A stretch of DNA of 64,000 bases from Azolla caroliniana (Eukaryota > Plantae > Polypodiophyta): the NCBI GenBank assembly GCA_043228905.1, contig JBHGNT010000006.1:1054001-1118000 (forward strand). Reading direction: 5' to 3'. A program made the translations under genes and the position numbers. Shown in pieces: positions 1 through 11,480 of the stretch (within the stretch, counting starts at the first letter, position 1; every line of letters starts with the position of its first letter). The notes below the pieces were generated by a model, which saw only the letters and a list, made by a program, of their open reading frames with translations, had not been told where the DNA came from and made no database searches.

Positions 1-2356
1 GGAGTGAAATCGGACTCTCTTCGCGGGTCTCGATTTCGGGCTCATCCGGAGGCATCTCGGCCTCGCTGACCGCATCGTCAGAGCTCGGATTGGAGTTGAG
101 GTTCGTAGTCGGGGGCAGGTACCAGGACGCGGTCTCGTCAAACACAACGTCGCGGTTGACACACGCTTGTTTGGTGCGAGGGTTATAGCACTTATAACCC
201 TTCTGCTCGTCTGAGTAACCGACCAAGATGCATTTCTCGGCCTTTGCGTCCAGCTTCCTCCTTTTCTCCTTCGGTACATGCACATACGCAATGCTACCGA
301 ACACCCTCAAGTGTCGCAAGTTCGGCTTCGTTCCGAAATATAGCTCGTGCGCCGACACTTTGTCTCCGATCCGGTTCTGGATGTATACCGCGGTCCTTAC
401 CGCCTCGGCCTAGTAGAACTTGGGCAAGCTCTTCTCCTCCAGCATTGCCCGTGCCGCTTCCACAATCGATCGATTCTTTCTCTCGGCCACGCTGTTCTGC
501 TCCGATGTGTATCTACAACTGAATTCGCGCCGAATTCCCATTTGTTTCAGGTAACCGTTGAATTGACCGGAAAAGTACTCTTTCCCGCCATCCGACCGCA
601 GACACTTGACCTTTCGTCCCGTTTCGGCTTCCACGAACCCTTTGAGGTCCCGGAAACAGTCGAAGACTTCGCTCTTCCTCTCAATGAGGTAGATCCATCT
701 GTGCCGCGTGTGGTCGTCGATGAAGGAGACGAAATATCGGCTCCCGCCAAGACTAACATTTTGTGTCGAGCTTGTTCCGGCTCCGGTTTCGCTCGTTGGG
801 GAAAGGAAGTCGGTGTTGCTTCCTGAGCTGGCAGGCTTCACAAATTTGTGCCTTTCGGCTACTAAACTTGGGCAATCCGAACACTACCTGTTTCGATTGC
901 AAATCTTGAAGCCGCTGGTGGTTGACGAGGCCTATCCGCTTGTACCACAAGTCGATGTCCGACTCGGTCTTTTGTCCCTTCGCAAACATTGCGGTGCCGC
1001 CGTCAGTGGAGTCGAGGATGAACATCCTCCCGTATCTGCGCCCTTGCGCAATCACACAACCTTCTTCCTCAATGAAGCACCCAAGGTGTGTAAACCGAAC
1101 CTCCATCCCTTGGTCGACGATCTGTCTGACCGAGACCAAGTTCTTCGTGATTGTCGGAACGTGCAACTCGTTCTTGAGTTTCCCTTTCTGCCCGACATGG
1201 CTAAGGGGAACTTCTCCGACATTCGCGATCGGATGTGGAGTGTCGTCTCCTGTTGCGACTACTCCAGGTTGTATCAGTTTTTCAAGGTACGAGAACCACT
1301 CCTTATGGCTCGTCATGTGGTTTGACGCGCCGGAGTCTACGTACCACACCTCGTCCGATCTCGGGGTGCTCTGTTTCATTGAGTTTGCTTCGTGTCTCGT
1401 CACGAAGACAGACCCTTCTCCGGCTCTCCCGGAGTCTTCAGCGTAGTGCGATCGCTGCGGATTTCCCTTGTCGGTATGTCTAGAGCCGTTCCCGAAACCA
1501 GTTCTCTCTGAATCGGCGCGCTTCTTCCAGCACTCACTTTCCCTGTGGCCTTTCTTGCCACAGTACCAGCACTCCGTGATGGACTTCCCTTGCCGGTTCT
1601 CATCGCTTCGACTCCCCCTGTTTCCGGAGGGTCCGGAGTTGTTGTCGGCATCACTTCGGTGCCTTCTTCCTTGATCACGTCGGCTGCCTCCATTGCGCGC
1701 CGACTCGCCTCGTCCGCCACGACCACGGGGCCTTTCTCCCTTCGTGTACAACATCTTGCTGTCGGTGTGTGTGCTCGTCGACGCACCCGCGTGGTTCTCC
1801 TCTACCAGGAGCATCGACTGTAAGTCGAAAAAGGACGGCGTATTCTCCCGGGTACACACAGCCGTTCGGAACGCCCCGAACTTCGACGCCAAACCTCCGA
1901 GATAAATCTGGACCATCTCGCTCTCCTCGATGTTCACCTCTATGGAGGCGAGGGAGTCGTAGATATCCTTGATCTTCGAGGTATAGTCCACCACCGACAA
2001 GTCGCGTTGTCGTAGGTTGCCCAACTCTTGTCGGAGCTGAAGCTTCCTAGCTGTGGTGCTCGCGGCGAAAATCTTCTTCAGATTTTCCCACGCACCCTTC
2101 GGCATCTTTGCATCCCGAACATAGCTCAATAGTTGTTCGCCCACACACGACGCGAAGAAGTATAGTACCCTGCTCGCCGATTGCTCCCACGACGGGAAGT
2201 CTCTGTGTGTCGATTCGGGTGCCGCGTCATTAGCTCCTTCGACATAACTCCAGTAGTCGTGCCCGAGCAAGTACTGGTGCATCTTGTAGGACCAAGACGC
2301 GTAGTTGGTTCTGTCGAGCTTCTTGTTGGAAGCGAGCTCGCCATGCCTCTATCCAT
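1..2356 (-). pseudogene. Disrupted copia gag-pol of copy A
   Basis: 1-nt deletion near the gag start relative to copy B. 29-nt deletion at ~765 removes LIHSDVWGP (first D of DDE) and shifts the frame. TGG->TAG stop at 410-412. Confidence 0.9.
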
Positions 2357-2416
2357 CGTTCTTCTTGTTCTTCTTCGTCAAGCTGTGTCGGCTGCAGAGA
2401 GGTTCTCAACCCTCGT

Positions 2417-2428
2417 GCTCTGATACCA
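2417..2428 (-). other. Primer-binding site (tRNA-iMet) of copia copy A
   Basis: Reverse complement TGGTATCAGAGC lies directly after the LTR-terminal CA. Confidence 0.95.
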
Positions 2429-2815
2429 TGTAGAAAGTAGTGTGCGGAAGCAAGTATGAAGACAGAACAGAGGAAGGAAACTCAGGTTCAATGGAGAGCT
2501 TAGGCTTACACGGTATACGCGGGAGAGACAGAGAGAGAAACACAAAAAACTATATTCAACAATAATACTCAATCTCTGTACATAAGACGTGCTCAGTGAA
2601 CACTTTTATACAAGCCCTAGAAGGACTGACCGAACTACTGACAATACTTCAATGCTCATCAAGAGCCCCTACACTAACTCCCAAATATATTCCTCGCGGA
2701 ATATCTTTCCTAACGACCTCCCGGTTTATGTACTCGGCCTAACCGATCGGTCCCAACCGATCCGGTCCTCGGCTTCTTCAGCCGATCCGGCCGATGTTGA
2801 GCTTGTCTCTCAACA
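2429..2815 (-). repeat. 5' LTR of copia copy A (387 bp)
   Basis: Reverse complement starts TGTTGAGAGACAAGC and ends TTTCTACA; homologous to the LTRs at 19846-20237 and 25131-25522. Confidence 0.95.
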
Positions 2816-3260
2816 CTTACGAAGAACCTTGATTCAAATGGAAACTTGGTTAGGTTGCAAACACACTTGACAACAAAAGAACTCACGCAAGTTCTCATCA
2901 ACATTGATTATAAAGACGGATTTACACCAACTCTAAAAATGGTAGCAATATGACTTTTTTGAGTATCACTATCAGATTAATTATTGAGTTTCATCATCTT
3001 GACATTGAGATTACATCCTTACAAGGTGAACTATAGCCAAGGGAAAGCCATGGCACTTCAAGCTCTCTTACACTATCAACCGCTTATTGTAAGACAAAAT
3101 TATAACTACAATAAGAAGTATTTCCAAAAAGATGAGGATATGCACATGAGACAAATAACACATTTTGCAGACCTCAAAGTTTCCTCTGTGTGTATGAAAA
3201 CCACATAAATCTATGCATGACTAGAAGAGTTCACATAGGATGTGGCACCTTAAGGTTCAT

Positions 3261-3587
3261 TGTTACTTGTAAGAGTATACGGGAGGCATAAGGGTATGTG
3301 TAATGATGTGGTTGATGTGTATATGTAAAGTAAATAAGTGTGTGAGGATAAGTATGTGTATGGACACATGCACAATTATGTGCATGTGTACAAGAATGTG
3401 TAACGGTCTTATTTATAAGGTCATGTAACCGTTACATTGGATGTATTATATAAAACCCCTATGGGGTATATAATGAGATATACATTTTCCCCCTCTCATT
3501 TTGTGTCATTTCCTATTTGTCTTTCTCTGTACCTCTCTCTTTATCGTAACCCCCTTGGGAGGGAGGGTGAAGCCCACCCCAACAACA
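3261..3587 (+). mobile_element. Orphan LTR, same family as the solo LTR at 5499-5826
   Basis: TGTTA...CAACA termini. Aligns end to end with the reverse complement of 5499-5826, including the CATGCACA-N4-TGTGCATG palindrome and CCCCTTGGGAGGG. No matching TSD (TTCAT vs GAGAG). Confidence 0.8.
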
Positions 3588-3663
3588 GAGAGAGAGAGAG
3601 AGAGAGAGAGACCCACACCGGCAGAGACACAGTTATAGACAACCTTATATATATATATATATA

Positions 3664-4208
3664 TGTACAGGGGCAACAGAATACATCTGCCGGCAAGTCT
3701 CCAATCGGGGAGCTCTCAGGCCCGTGCTCAATGGAGTGTTTGCATAGAAGACAGAACAGAAAATCGAAATCCTCAGAGCATACGAGCTCCAATAGAACTA
3801 ACAATAGACCCCCCCAAAAAACAGAACCCCCAATCCCTAACAGACAAAACAGGACAAACTCCAAAATGGGGAACCCCCAAACAAGAGACTCTCTCCTCCT
3901 TTTATAACCCAAGGAGGGAGGGATGTTACAAAGTCGGTCAAATATTCCTCCTTTTCAGAGGAGATATTTGCCTTGATTTCTGGAGAGGTACATTAAACAC
4001 CCTCGCTTTCACACCCCCACTACATATGCAAGTGCACTAATGTACACAAGTCACTTATTTCTCACTAACTCCCATACACTTTAGCACACTTACAATTTCC
4101 TTTTATTTCTATTTACATTTTTCTTAATGTACATGTGCAATGTTGCACATCGCCGACCTTGATCACTCCACCTGGTTTTCTCATCCGTTGCCGGAAATTC
4201 TCATGACA
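3664..4208 (-). mobile_element. Gypsy-type LTR fragment, antisense, related to the LTR at 7805-8735
   Basis: Reverse complement begins TGTCATGAGAATTTCCGGC (cf. TGTCGTGGAGGATTCCGGC) and shares the TGTAACATC..CCCTCC..TATAAAAGGA..GAGTCT..TTTGGGG block. Left boundary uncertain. Confidence 0.6.
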
Positions 4209-4241
4209 CCGGTTAATTCGATCGAGATGTAAGAGGAAATC

Positions 4242-7200
4242 GTGGAGTTCGGAAAGATGATCGGGGCGGATCGAAATGCCACAGTAAGCACCAAGTACAA
4301 GATTGTAGACAAGAAGGTATGGCCAGTCGGGGCACCATTATTGGAGGGCAGTTGGGAACGTAAGAAAGGGGTCATGACCGACCCAAGTTTACGAGACCTG
4401 TGTGAGATAGGGCACCAGTTTACCGACTAGACGCTACGGAGGCTCAAGATTGGTGGGGTTGACTTCCTACTACCCGCTGAGGAGGATAGGTTCTGAAGAA
4501 TGCTCGAAAGTCACGAAAAGGCTTTTGCTTTCTCACCGAAGGAGATCGGGTGCGTCAACCCGATGATCGTGGAACCAATGGTGGTCTTCACTATACCGCA
4601 TGTGCCATGGAGCCTCAAACCAATCCCGCTATCGAGATCTCACATCCCGAAATTGATAGAGCTACTCATAGAGAAGGTCAATATGGGGATCCTCGAACCA
4701 TTGAGTGCCCCATATTCGAATCAGTGGTTTACGATGCCAAAGAAGAGCGACACACTGCGCTTCATACAAGCTTGCAACCAGTCAACAAAGTGACAACCCG
4801 AAATGCAAGAGTAGGATCGAGCATCGAGGAGTTTGCAGAGGTTTTCGCCGGAAGTTCGATCTACTCGGTTGACAATTTGTACTCGGGGTAGAACCAGTTC
4901 CAACTAGCCGTCGAAAGCAAGGACATCATGATGATGCGGACCCCGCTCGGCTTAGTTCAAATGTGTACCCTACCGCAAAGGGGAATGAATTCCGTGGTGC
5001 ACATGGTGAAAACAATGAATAAGGTACTAAGGGATTGCATCCCGGATATCGTCATGTCGTTCCTGGACAACATCCCAATAAAAGGGTGTCCGGAGGACGT
5101 GAAGGATGAGACAGTCGGGGAAGATGGCTGTCAGAGATTCGTGGCGAACCACATTTCTGACTGTGAGAAGATACTGCAGAGGTTGGAGGATGTGCGACTT
5201 ACCTTCTCTGAGAAGAAGTTGGCATTCGGACAATCCAAGATCGTGGTGGTTGGTCACCTATGTAGACCCTACGGCCGGAACCGTCCCTGACTAAGGTCGA
5301 GGCTACCTCTGCGATGAAGGAAGAATGTAGATCGACCACGGAGGTCCGACGGTTCCTAAGGGCATGTACCTTCTACCACATTTGGATTTCCCATTATGCA
5401 CATATTGCAGAGCCGTTGTACGACTTACTGAAGAAGGGGCGAAGGTTCGAATGGGGAGAAGAGCACACAGAGGATGTGAGCAGACTAAAGGGGATGCTTG
5501 TTGTTGGGGTGGGGGGTGATGCCTAGAATGGCTTCACCCCCCTCCCAAGGGGAGTTACGTTAGAGAGAAAGGAGAGAGTGAAACAAGGATGACACCAAAA
5601 TGAGGGGAAAAAGCTATATCTATTATGTGCCCCACAAGGGGTTTTATAGTACATAATGTAATGGTTAATAATATGACCATTACAAAAAGAGGACCGTTAC
5701 ATTCTTGTCACATGCACATAATTGTGCATGAGCTCACACATACTCATCCTCACACACTCATATACATTAAACACCTTAGACCATACACATTACACCTTAT
5801 CCTCCTGTACACCTATACAGATAACAATGCTAACGGCTGACGCCAGCTCTCCGGAAGGCGATCTATGGGAAGGAGTCCCCGATATACATGATGGTTGACA
5901 TGATTTCGACCGAAATCGTATGGGTAATCAATTAGGAGGAAGAAGGGGGCATGAGGTTCACCATCTGATTCAGCGCAAAGGTTTTGAGTGAGCGGCAACA
6001 AGGATACGCCCAGGTTAAGCGGGAGCTATGGGGTATTGTTTCGGCGGTGAAGGCTGACAAGGACTATCTGATTGAGACGGAGGTGATTATTGAGATAGAC
6101 TGTCTCCCAATTCTCGGGATGATATCCAGATGCGCGACTCCAGATTTGGCGATGCTCAGATATATCGTGTACAATACGTCCCTGAATCCAAAAATATGAC
6201 ACATTTTCGGGAAGGACAATACCATGGTCGATATGTTGTTGAGAGCATTGCTCAAAGGAGAAGATGACATGGTATCGGAGGATGAGGAAGTCAAAGTGGA
6301 TTTCTTCGAGTCGGCCCGAATAACGGCAAATGGATAGAGCACTCCAACCCTGCATGCGTTAAACGAAGATGACTACGAGGGGGGGTGGCTTATTATCGAA
6401 AGATTCCTGAGCACATTAGTGACGGATGCATCATGGAAGAAGGAGGAGGCGAGTCAGATCTAGAAGAAGGAGTACAAATTCTTCCTTAAGGGCGGGTTAA
6501 TTTGGTGGAATCCGAAGAAGCGGGATGGTACACCACTCTGGGGGGTGACACGGAAAGAGGACAAGTAGTGCTACTAGCCAAGTTTCACGAGAGTCCCTCG
6601 TCCGGGCATCAGGGGACTTGGGCCACCTTCGAAAAGCTCAAGGAGAGGTACTAATGGCCGGGGATGTACAACGATGTGCAACACTTTGTGACGACGTGTG
6701 AAAGTTGCCAAGTACATTCCGGGATTAGACACTACGACAAGCTGCATCCGACCTACCCGTCAACCATTCACTTCAAGTGGATGGTCGACTTAGTGACGAT
6801 GCAGATGGGGGTAGGCCAAATGAAGTACCTGGTGATGGCGAGGGAGGACCTAACGAACCAAGTGGAAGGTTGAACTTTGGTAAACAAAACGACTGCAGTT
6901 GTATCTCGGTTCCTCGTTGAAGATGTGATATGCCGGTACGGGTGCTTGGGAAATTTGTGGCCGATCGAGGAGAGTTGGATGCATACGAAGCTATGGAGTT
7001 ATTCGACTAGCTCAGAGTCAAGCTCTCTCTCACAATGGCATACAATCCGGAGGCAAGCGGGAAAGTCGAGCGTGGGCATGGACTGATTATGAAGGCGATC
7101 GTGCGAGCATGCTACAGACCAATCAGAAATTGGTCGCGACTCCTGTCGTATGCGTTGTGGACTGACCGGACCACGCACAATTCGGTAACGGGGTACATCC

Positions 7201-7732
7201 CGGCCAAGCTCATGTTTGGGCAGAAGCCGATCATGCCGGTGGAGAGGACGATCACCTCCTGGATGGCTGTCGATTAGAAAAACGAGATGAATCAGGAGGA
7301 GTTGTTGGCCACGCGGATTCAACAACTCGAGAGGCAACCAGAGGATGTGGAGCGAGCGAGGGTGAAGGTTAAGGAGGCACAAATGAAGAACGGTTCGACC
7401 GATTGCATCGATTGCGGCTGAGGAAGATAGAGGAAGGCGATTGGTTGTTGGTTTATGACAATAGCCTCGATAACCAGCACCGGTTGATGCGAAAGTTCAC
7501 AAGACGGTGGTTCAGGCCGTATGTGGTGACCAATGCCAACGACAATGCCACATATAACCTTGCAAAGCTCGACGGGACAAGGATGGTTGTACCGGTTGGG
7601 GGGAAGCGAATCAAGGTCTTCAAGAAGCGACATGAGGTGGAACCGGATCCAGAGGTGGAGGACGAGGACGTCGGCGAGGACGAGGAGCCAAATGAGGACT
7701 GGATTGGCGATGGATCGGAGGAGGATGAGTAA
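4242..7732 (+). pseudogene. Gypsy pol pseudogene (RT, RNase H, integrase, acidic tail)
   Basis: ORF fragments 4242-4430, 4500-4891, 4928-5290, 5314-5498, 5984-6199, 6664-7277 and 7403-7732, with many stops and frameshifts. Confidence 0.88.
5499..5826 (-). mobile_element. Solo LTR (328 bp) inserted in gypsy pol, TSD ATGCT
   Basis: TGTTG...TAACA termini flanked by ATGCT at 5494-5498 and 5827-5831; pol coding resumes after it. Confidence 0.92.
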
Positions 7733-7804
7733 GGGTCAATATGAAATTCTCCACTGCTTCACTAATTGGCTCATGCGGAGGATGTGCAGTTTGGTGGGGG
7801 TAGA

Positions 7805-8735
7805 TGTCGTGGAGGATTCCGGCCACTAGGAGAGAGGTCCTTCAGGTGCGTGTGAACACGGGGTGTGCATGTATGCGCATGAACTCGTTATAATGTACAA
7901 ACAAATGTAAATATCGAAGTATTAATAAGTACAAGACAAGACTTTTATGATCCCACAAAAAGAAGGGAATAATAGTGTGTGATGGCAAAGAATCGGGGTT
8001 GAATCTCTGACTGAAACAACCGCCATAACAACTTGATGTAACATCAACCCCTCCCCCCTCCATTCTCCTTAGAGCTATAAAAGGAAGGGAGGGAGTCTAT
8101 TTTGGGGATCAGTCGTTTTAGGGGGGAAGGTGTTGCCGGATTGGGAAGCAAAGTGTTATAGGTTTTCTACTTTGTGCATTCGACTAGGTAGGGTGAGGCC
8201 TCTACTCGCGTACGAACCCCGTGTGCTCCTGACCAAAGGCTCACTAGTCCATGTGTGGGTTTGTCAAGCTTGAAGCTCCACTAACCGACCGGAGGCCATC
8301 TCTTTGTATTCTCTTCTTGTCTTTAATTGATTTCTGAGTTTTGCTATATTCGGGGTGCTTTCTGTTGTTCTGGCCTTTGTGTTAATAATTGACTCCTTGT
8401 CATTGTAACCGGAAAGCCGCAGTCTTTCCCTCCTCTGTTTTGTGTTTACCCATTCGTGCTTGAGAGTCCATGTGCTCATATTCTGGAATTTGAGGACAGG
8501 ACCAAATCAGATACGGTTCTATGAGGCCGTGTACTCACTAAATGAACCCCGATAACCAAGGCGGATCAACCACTGCAAACCTCAACCGCCGCTCATTCTT
8601 AAGCTCCTTGATCCGAGACCCCGATGGTTTCGCCCAAGCCGATCGTGAGGCATCAACCATGATGAGTATGATGTGGAATGCAATGTGAAGAAGAGGGAGT
8701 TTCTCATGCTTGTCCTCTATTTATGGGGGGTGACA
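7805..8735 (+). repeat. 3' LTR of the gypsy element (~930 bp)
   Basis: Follows a polypurine tract; TGTCG...TGACA termini; TATAAAA at ~8076. Confidence 0.75.
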
Positions 8736-8969
8736 ATTGAGGACGAAGCATTGACCTTTTTACTTTGTTGAGGGTGAGGCACCTACAATATACAAACATA
8801 CTCAATCACATGCACATTTTATTGTGTTACAACACAAAATATCCTCTAATCACAATTTTTATGATGCATTTGATCAATTGGTGCTATAATTCTCTTGTTT
8901 TGCAATGTCAATCCTTGATCAACCCTGTGATTGAATGGTGAGAAGACAAACAAAACATTAATAAATTAA

Positions 8970-9555
8970 GGAAAGCGCTATTTGCCCTCCCATTTTGGCT
9001 ATCCCCCCCCCCTCCCCCAAATTTATAGAACCTAATATAACCAAATGAAATTGTTTATTAATTAATTAATAAACTCAGCATAGCTCAGATTCTCGCATAT
9101 CGCAAGTGTGTGCATTGTGACCAGCTTGACCACATTTGGAACATTTGTGACTGGTAGAGTACTCAAATAGTGACTTCTCCCTTTGGTTGGCCTTTTTGTT
9201 CTTCGACCCTGCATGGCGATCTCGCTTCCTAGTCACCACCACTGGATTGGAGCGAGACTGCAGTGGTGCCTAACTTGCTTCATCCAATCGTGTCATGAGA
9301 ACAACAACATGGTCATCGTCAGTTTCATACAATCTTTGCTCGATGTTCCTCATCAAACGCTTTCTGGGAGACAAACATGGCTCAACTATAGCGACGGGTT
9401 GAACCACTGAACACGCAATCAGAGTTGAAGGCAATAATTTTATCGATAATTGAAGCTGAAGACGCTTGTTGAGACATGTTGTTGAACGAGGTGAGAACTA
9501 TCAGAAATTGTAAAAAAGATGGTGGGGAGGGGGGGATAGCCAAATAGCGCTTTCC
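8970..9555. mobile_element. Non-autonomous TIR DNA transposon (Mutator-like), 8-bp TSD TAAATTAA
   Basis: TIRs GGAAAGCGCTATTT / AAATAGCGCTTTCC plus a subterminal TTTGGCTATCCCCCCC / GGGGGGGATAGCCAAA inverted pair. TAAATTAA at 8962-8969 and 9556-9563. Superfamily (MULE vs hAT) is inferred from the GG start. Confidence 0.85.
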
Positions 9556-9657
9556 TAAATTAATCATATGATGCTAATGGAGGAGGGTTGGAAGTTGGAA
9601 CAATGAAAAATAGGTCATACACATTTTCCCACTATGATTCCCACATCATGGATTAAG

Positions 9658-9815
9658 AGCTAACATATATTACAAGGTTATGTAAGGGAGGTGGAGCATC
9701 CTAGCTACATGGGTGTAGGGGCAAGGTGTGGGTTACGAAGCTAACATGTATTATGTGGTTATGTGAGGGAGGTGGAGTATCCTAACAAGTGTGTGGAGGG
9801 GCAAGGTGAAGGCTC
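9658..9815. repeat. Diverged tandem duplication, ~81-bp unit x2
   Basis: AGCTAACAT..GGTTATGT.AGGGAGGTGGAG.ATCCTA..GGGGCAAGGTG occurs at ~9658 and ~9739. Confidence 0.8.
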
Positions 9816-11131
9816 ATCTACAAAAAAACTCATTATTTAAATTTATGACATATAATTAGGCGAGATAATGAGGGTGAACAAGATTTTAAATGAAAAGATG
9901 GATGGATTCCAAGGTTTGATGTTGATATACTCAAACTTCTTTTATACATTATGCACAAGCTATGCATGCAAGTTTGCAACCTTGCATAACTTTACACTCG
10001 TACAATTCTCAATATTTTACAATGCAACCTCATAATATTCACACTCTCACAACCTTACAAACGTATACTACTTAGTGGTGATCAGATCACCCCCCTTTAT
10101 AACGTTGACTTCCAATATGAGTCAGTTTGCACAAATATTGAAGATGGAACCTCCGCAATTTTCTTAAGATGATTAGTCAACTGTGAAGTGGCTTTCGGCA
10201 ATGGGTAGATGTTCAATGAGATAAGATACGTTAATTGGCATATTGAATTATGTTAGATTCTTAGTAAAACAAGAGGATACACAAATAGACATATCATAGA
10301 GAGTACAACGAAGAATAATATATTTTAATTACAAATATCCAAAGTGTGATTATAGCAAGGGGCTTTGTCCAATAAGAGCTCTAATTCATGTACTCCTTAG
10401 TAACTATATCGTACATACACTCACTATATGTGGATGTGGCAATTAAACAATTTTATATTTAGTTGTCCAAGAGGTCCCCTTGTGCTTGACAAAACTTCTT
10501 TTTGTTCACTTTGCAACACATGTATAGGGGGGAACACCATCTACCTTAACAAGTTGGACATTGTATGTTCTCCCTTGCAATGTACCGTGTAGGTCAGTTT
10601 GTCCCTCTTTGAGATACGTTATGTGGGGATATACGAGGTATCATCCCTCCTATACTGGTGGTTTTCTTAACATGTTTGCGCAACTTGGAAATGAAGTAAG
10701 GTCGGTTTGTGCCATCTACCTATAAACCAGCTCATGAACTTGTGATCCGACATAATATCCCTTAGTTCACAATGGTATGCATTCTATCATCTCGCCCCGG
10801 GTTTTGTTTACTTACTATTTTAGCGAATAAGTTGGTCAATTTGGTTCACTTTTACCATCTATCACCCAGGGTAGGTAATAAATTTCTCCTAAATGAAGTG
10901 TATTGTCATTAGGACGTTTGAGACCTACCTAAGGACGGAAGAGGGGAAAGCGTTGGAGGCATGGTATGAACTTATGAAGAATAAAGAGGAAGAAGGGGAA
11001 AAAACAAAAGAAGAGGAAGAGAGACTGGCACCTCTCAGTTGCTCGCCGAGGAAGGGGGGAGGAGCAGCCCCTCGCCTGCTTCCCGAGATGACACAGCTGC
11101 CGCAAGTCGGCTAGGTGGCCGATACCGACGT

Positions 11132-11480
11132 CGGACCTACAACTTCATGCCCGAGCCTAGTCGTTTCCGCATTTGGAGGGCCCGCCCTCCTTCCGATATG
11201 TTGGTTCCAAAAGGGGCTACCCACGCTTGGTCCACAACTAAAAAATAAAGGTGGGGAACATTTATGTCCCCAAAATACCCCTCTAATCTCGATAAAAATT
11301 TATAAAAAAAGAATTCCCAATACCGGACCTGTAGGCTCATTCCCGAGCCTAGGGTCCACATTTGGAGGGCCCATGCCGTTTTTCATATCTATGCCCCCAA
11401 AAAGGGGCTACCAGCCTACCACAACTAAAGAAAAAAAACGAGGGGAACATTAGGTTCCTAAAATGCACCTCCCCTTAGTT
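11132..11480. repeat. Diverged tandem duplication, ~190-bp unit x2
   Basis: CGGACCT..CCCGAGCCTAG..CATTTGGAGGGCCC..AAAAGGGGCTACC..CCACAACTAAA..GGGGAACATT occurs at ~11132 and ~11324. Confidence 0.8.

Larger units (their letters stand above)
1..2815 (-). mobile_element. Ty1/copia LTR retrotransposon, copy A (5' LTR, PBS, gag-PR-IN); continues beyond the left window edge
   Basis: LTR 2429-2815 has TG...CA ends on the minus strand, followed by PBS TGGTATCAGAGC. Gag zinc knuckle CWYCGKKGHRESEC, protease YVDSGASNH, integrase zinc-finger cysteines (CEAC) and RSDGGKEY/ERKNR core. Near-identical to the element at 19846-25522. Confidence 0.97.
4209..8735 (+). mobile_element. 5'-truncated, decayed Ty3/gypsy LTR retrotransposon (RT-RH-IN plus 3' LTR)
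   Basis: Fragmented pol in RT>RNaseH>IN order (SAPYSNQWFTMPKK, FLDNIPIKG, CESCQ, YNPEASGKVERGH). PPT-like GGTGGGGGTAGA precedes an LTR with TGTC...GACA termini. Confidence 0.9.

Noticed and set aside
3437-4040. Several 120-156-aa ORFs
   Set aside because: They cross LTR and microsatellite sequence and show no protein motifs.
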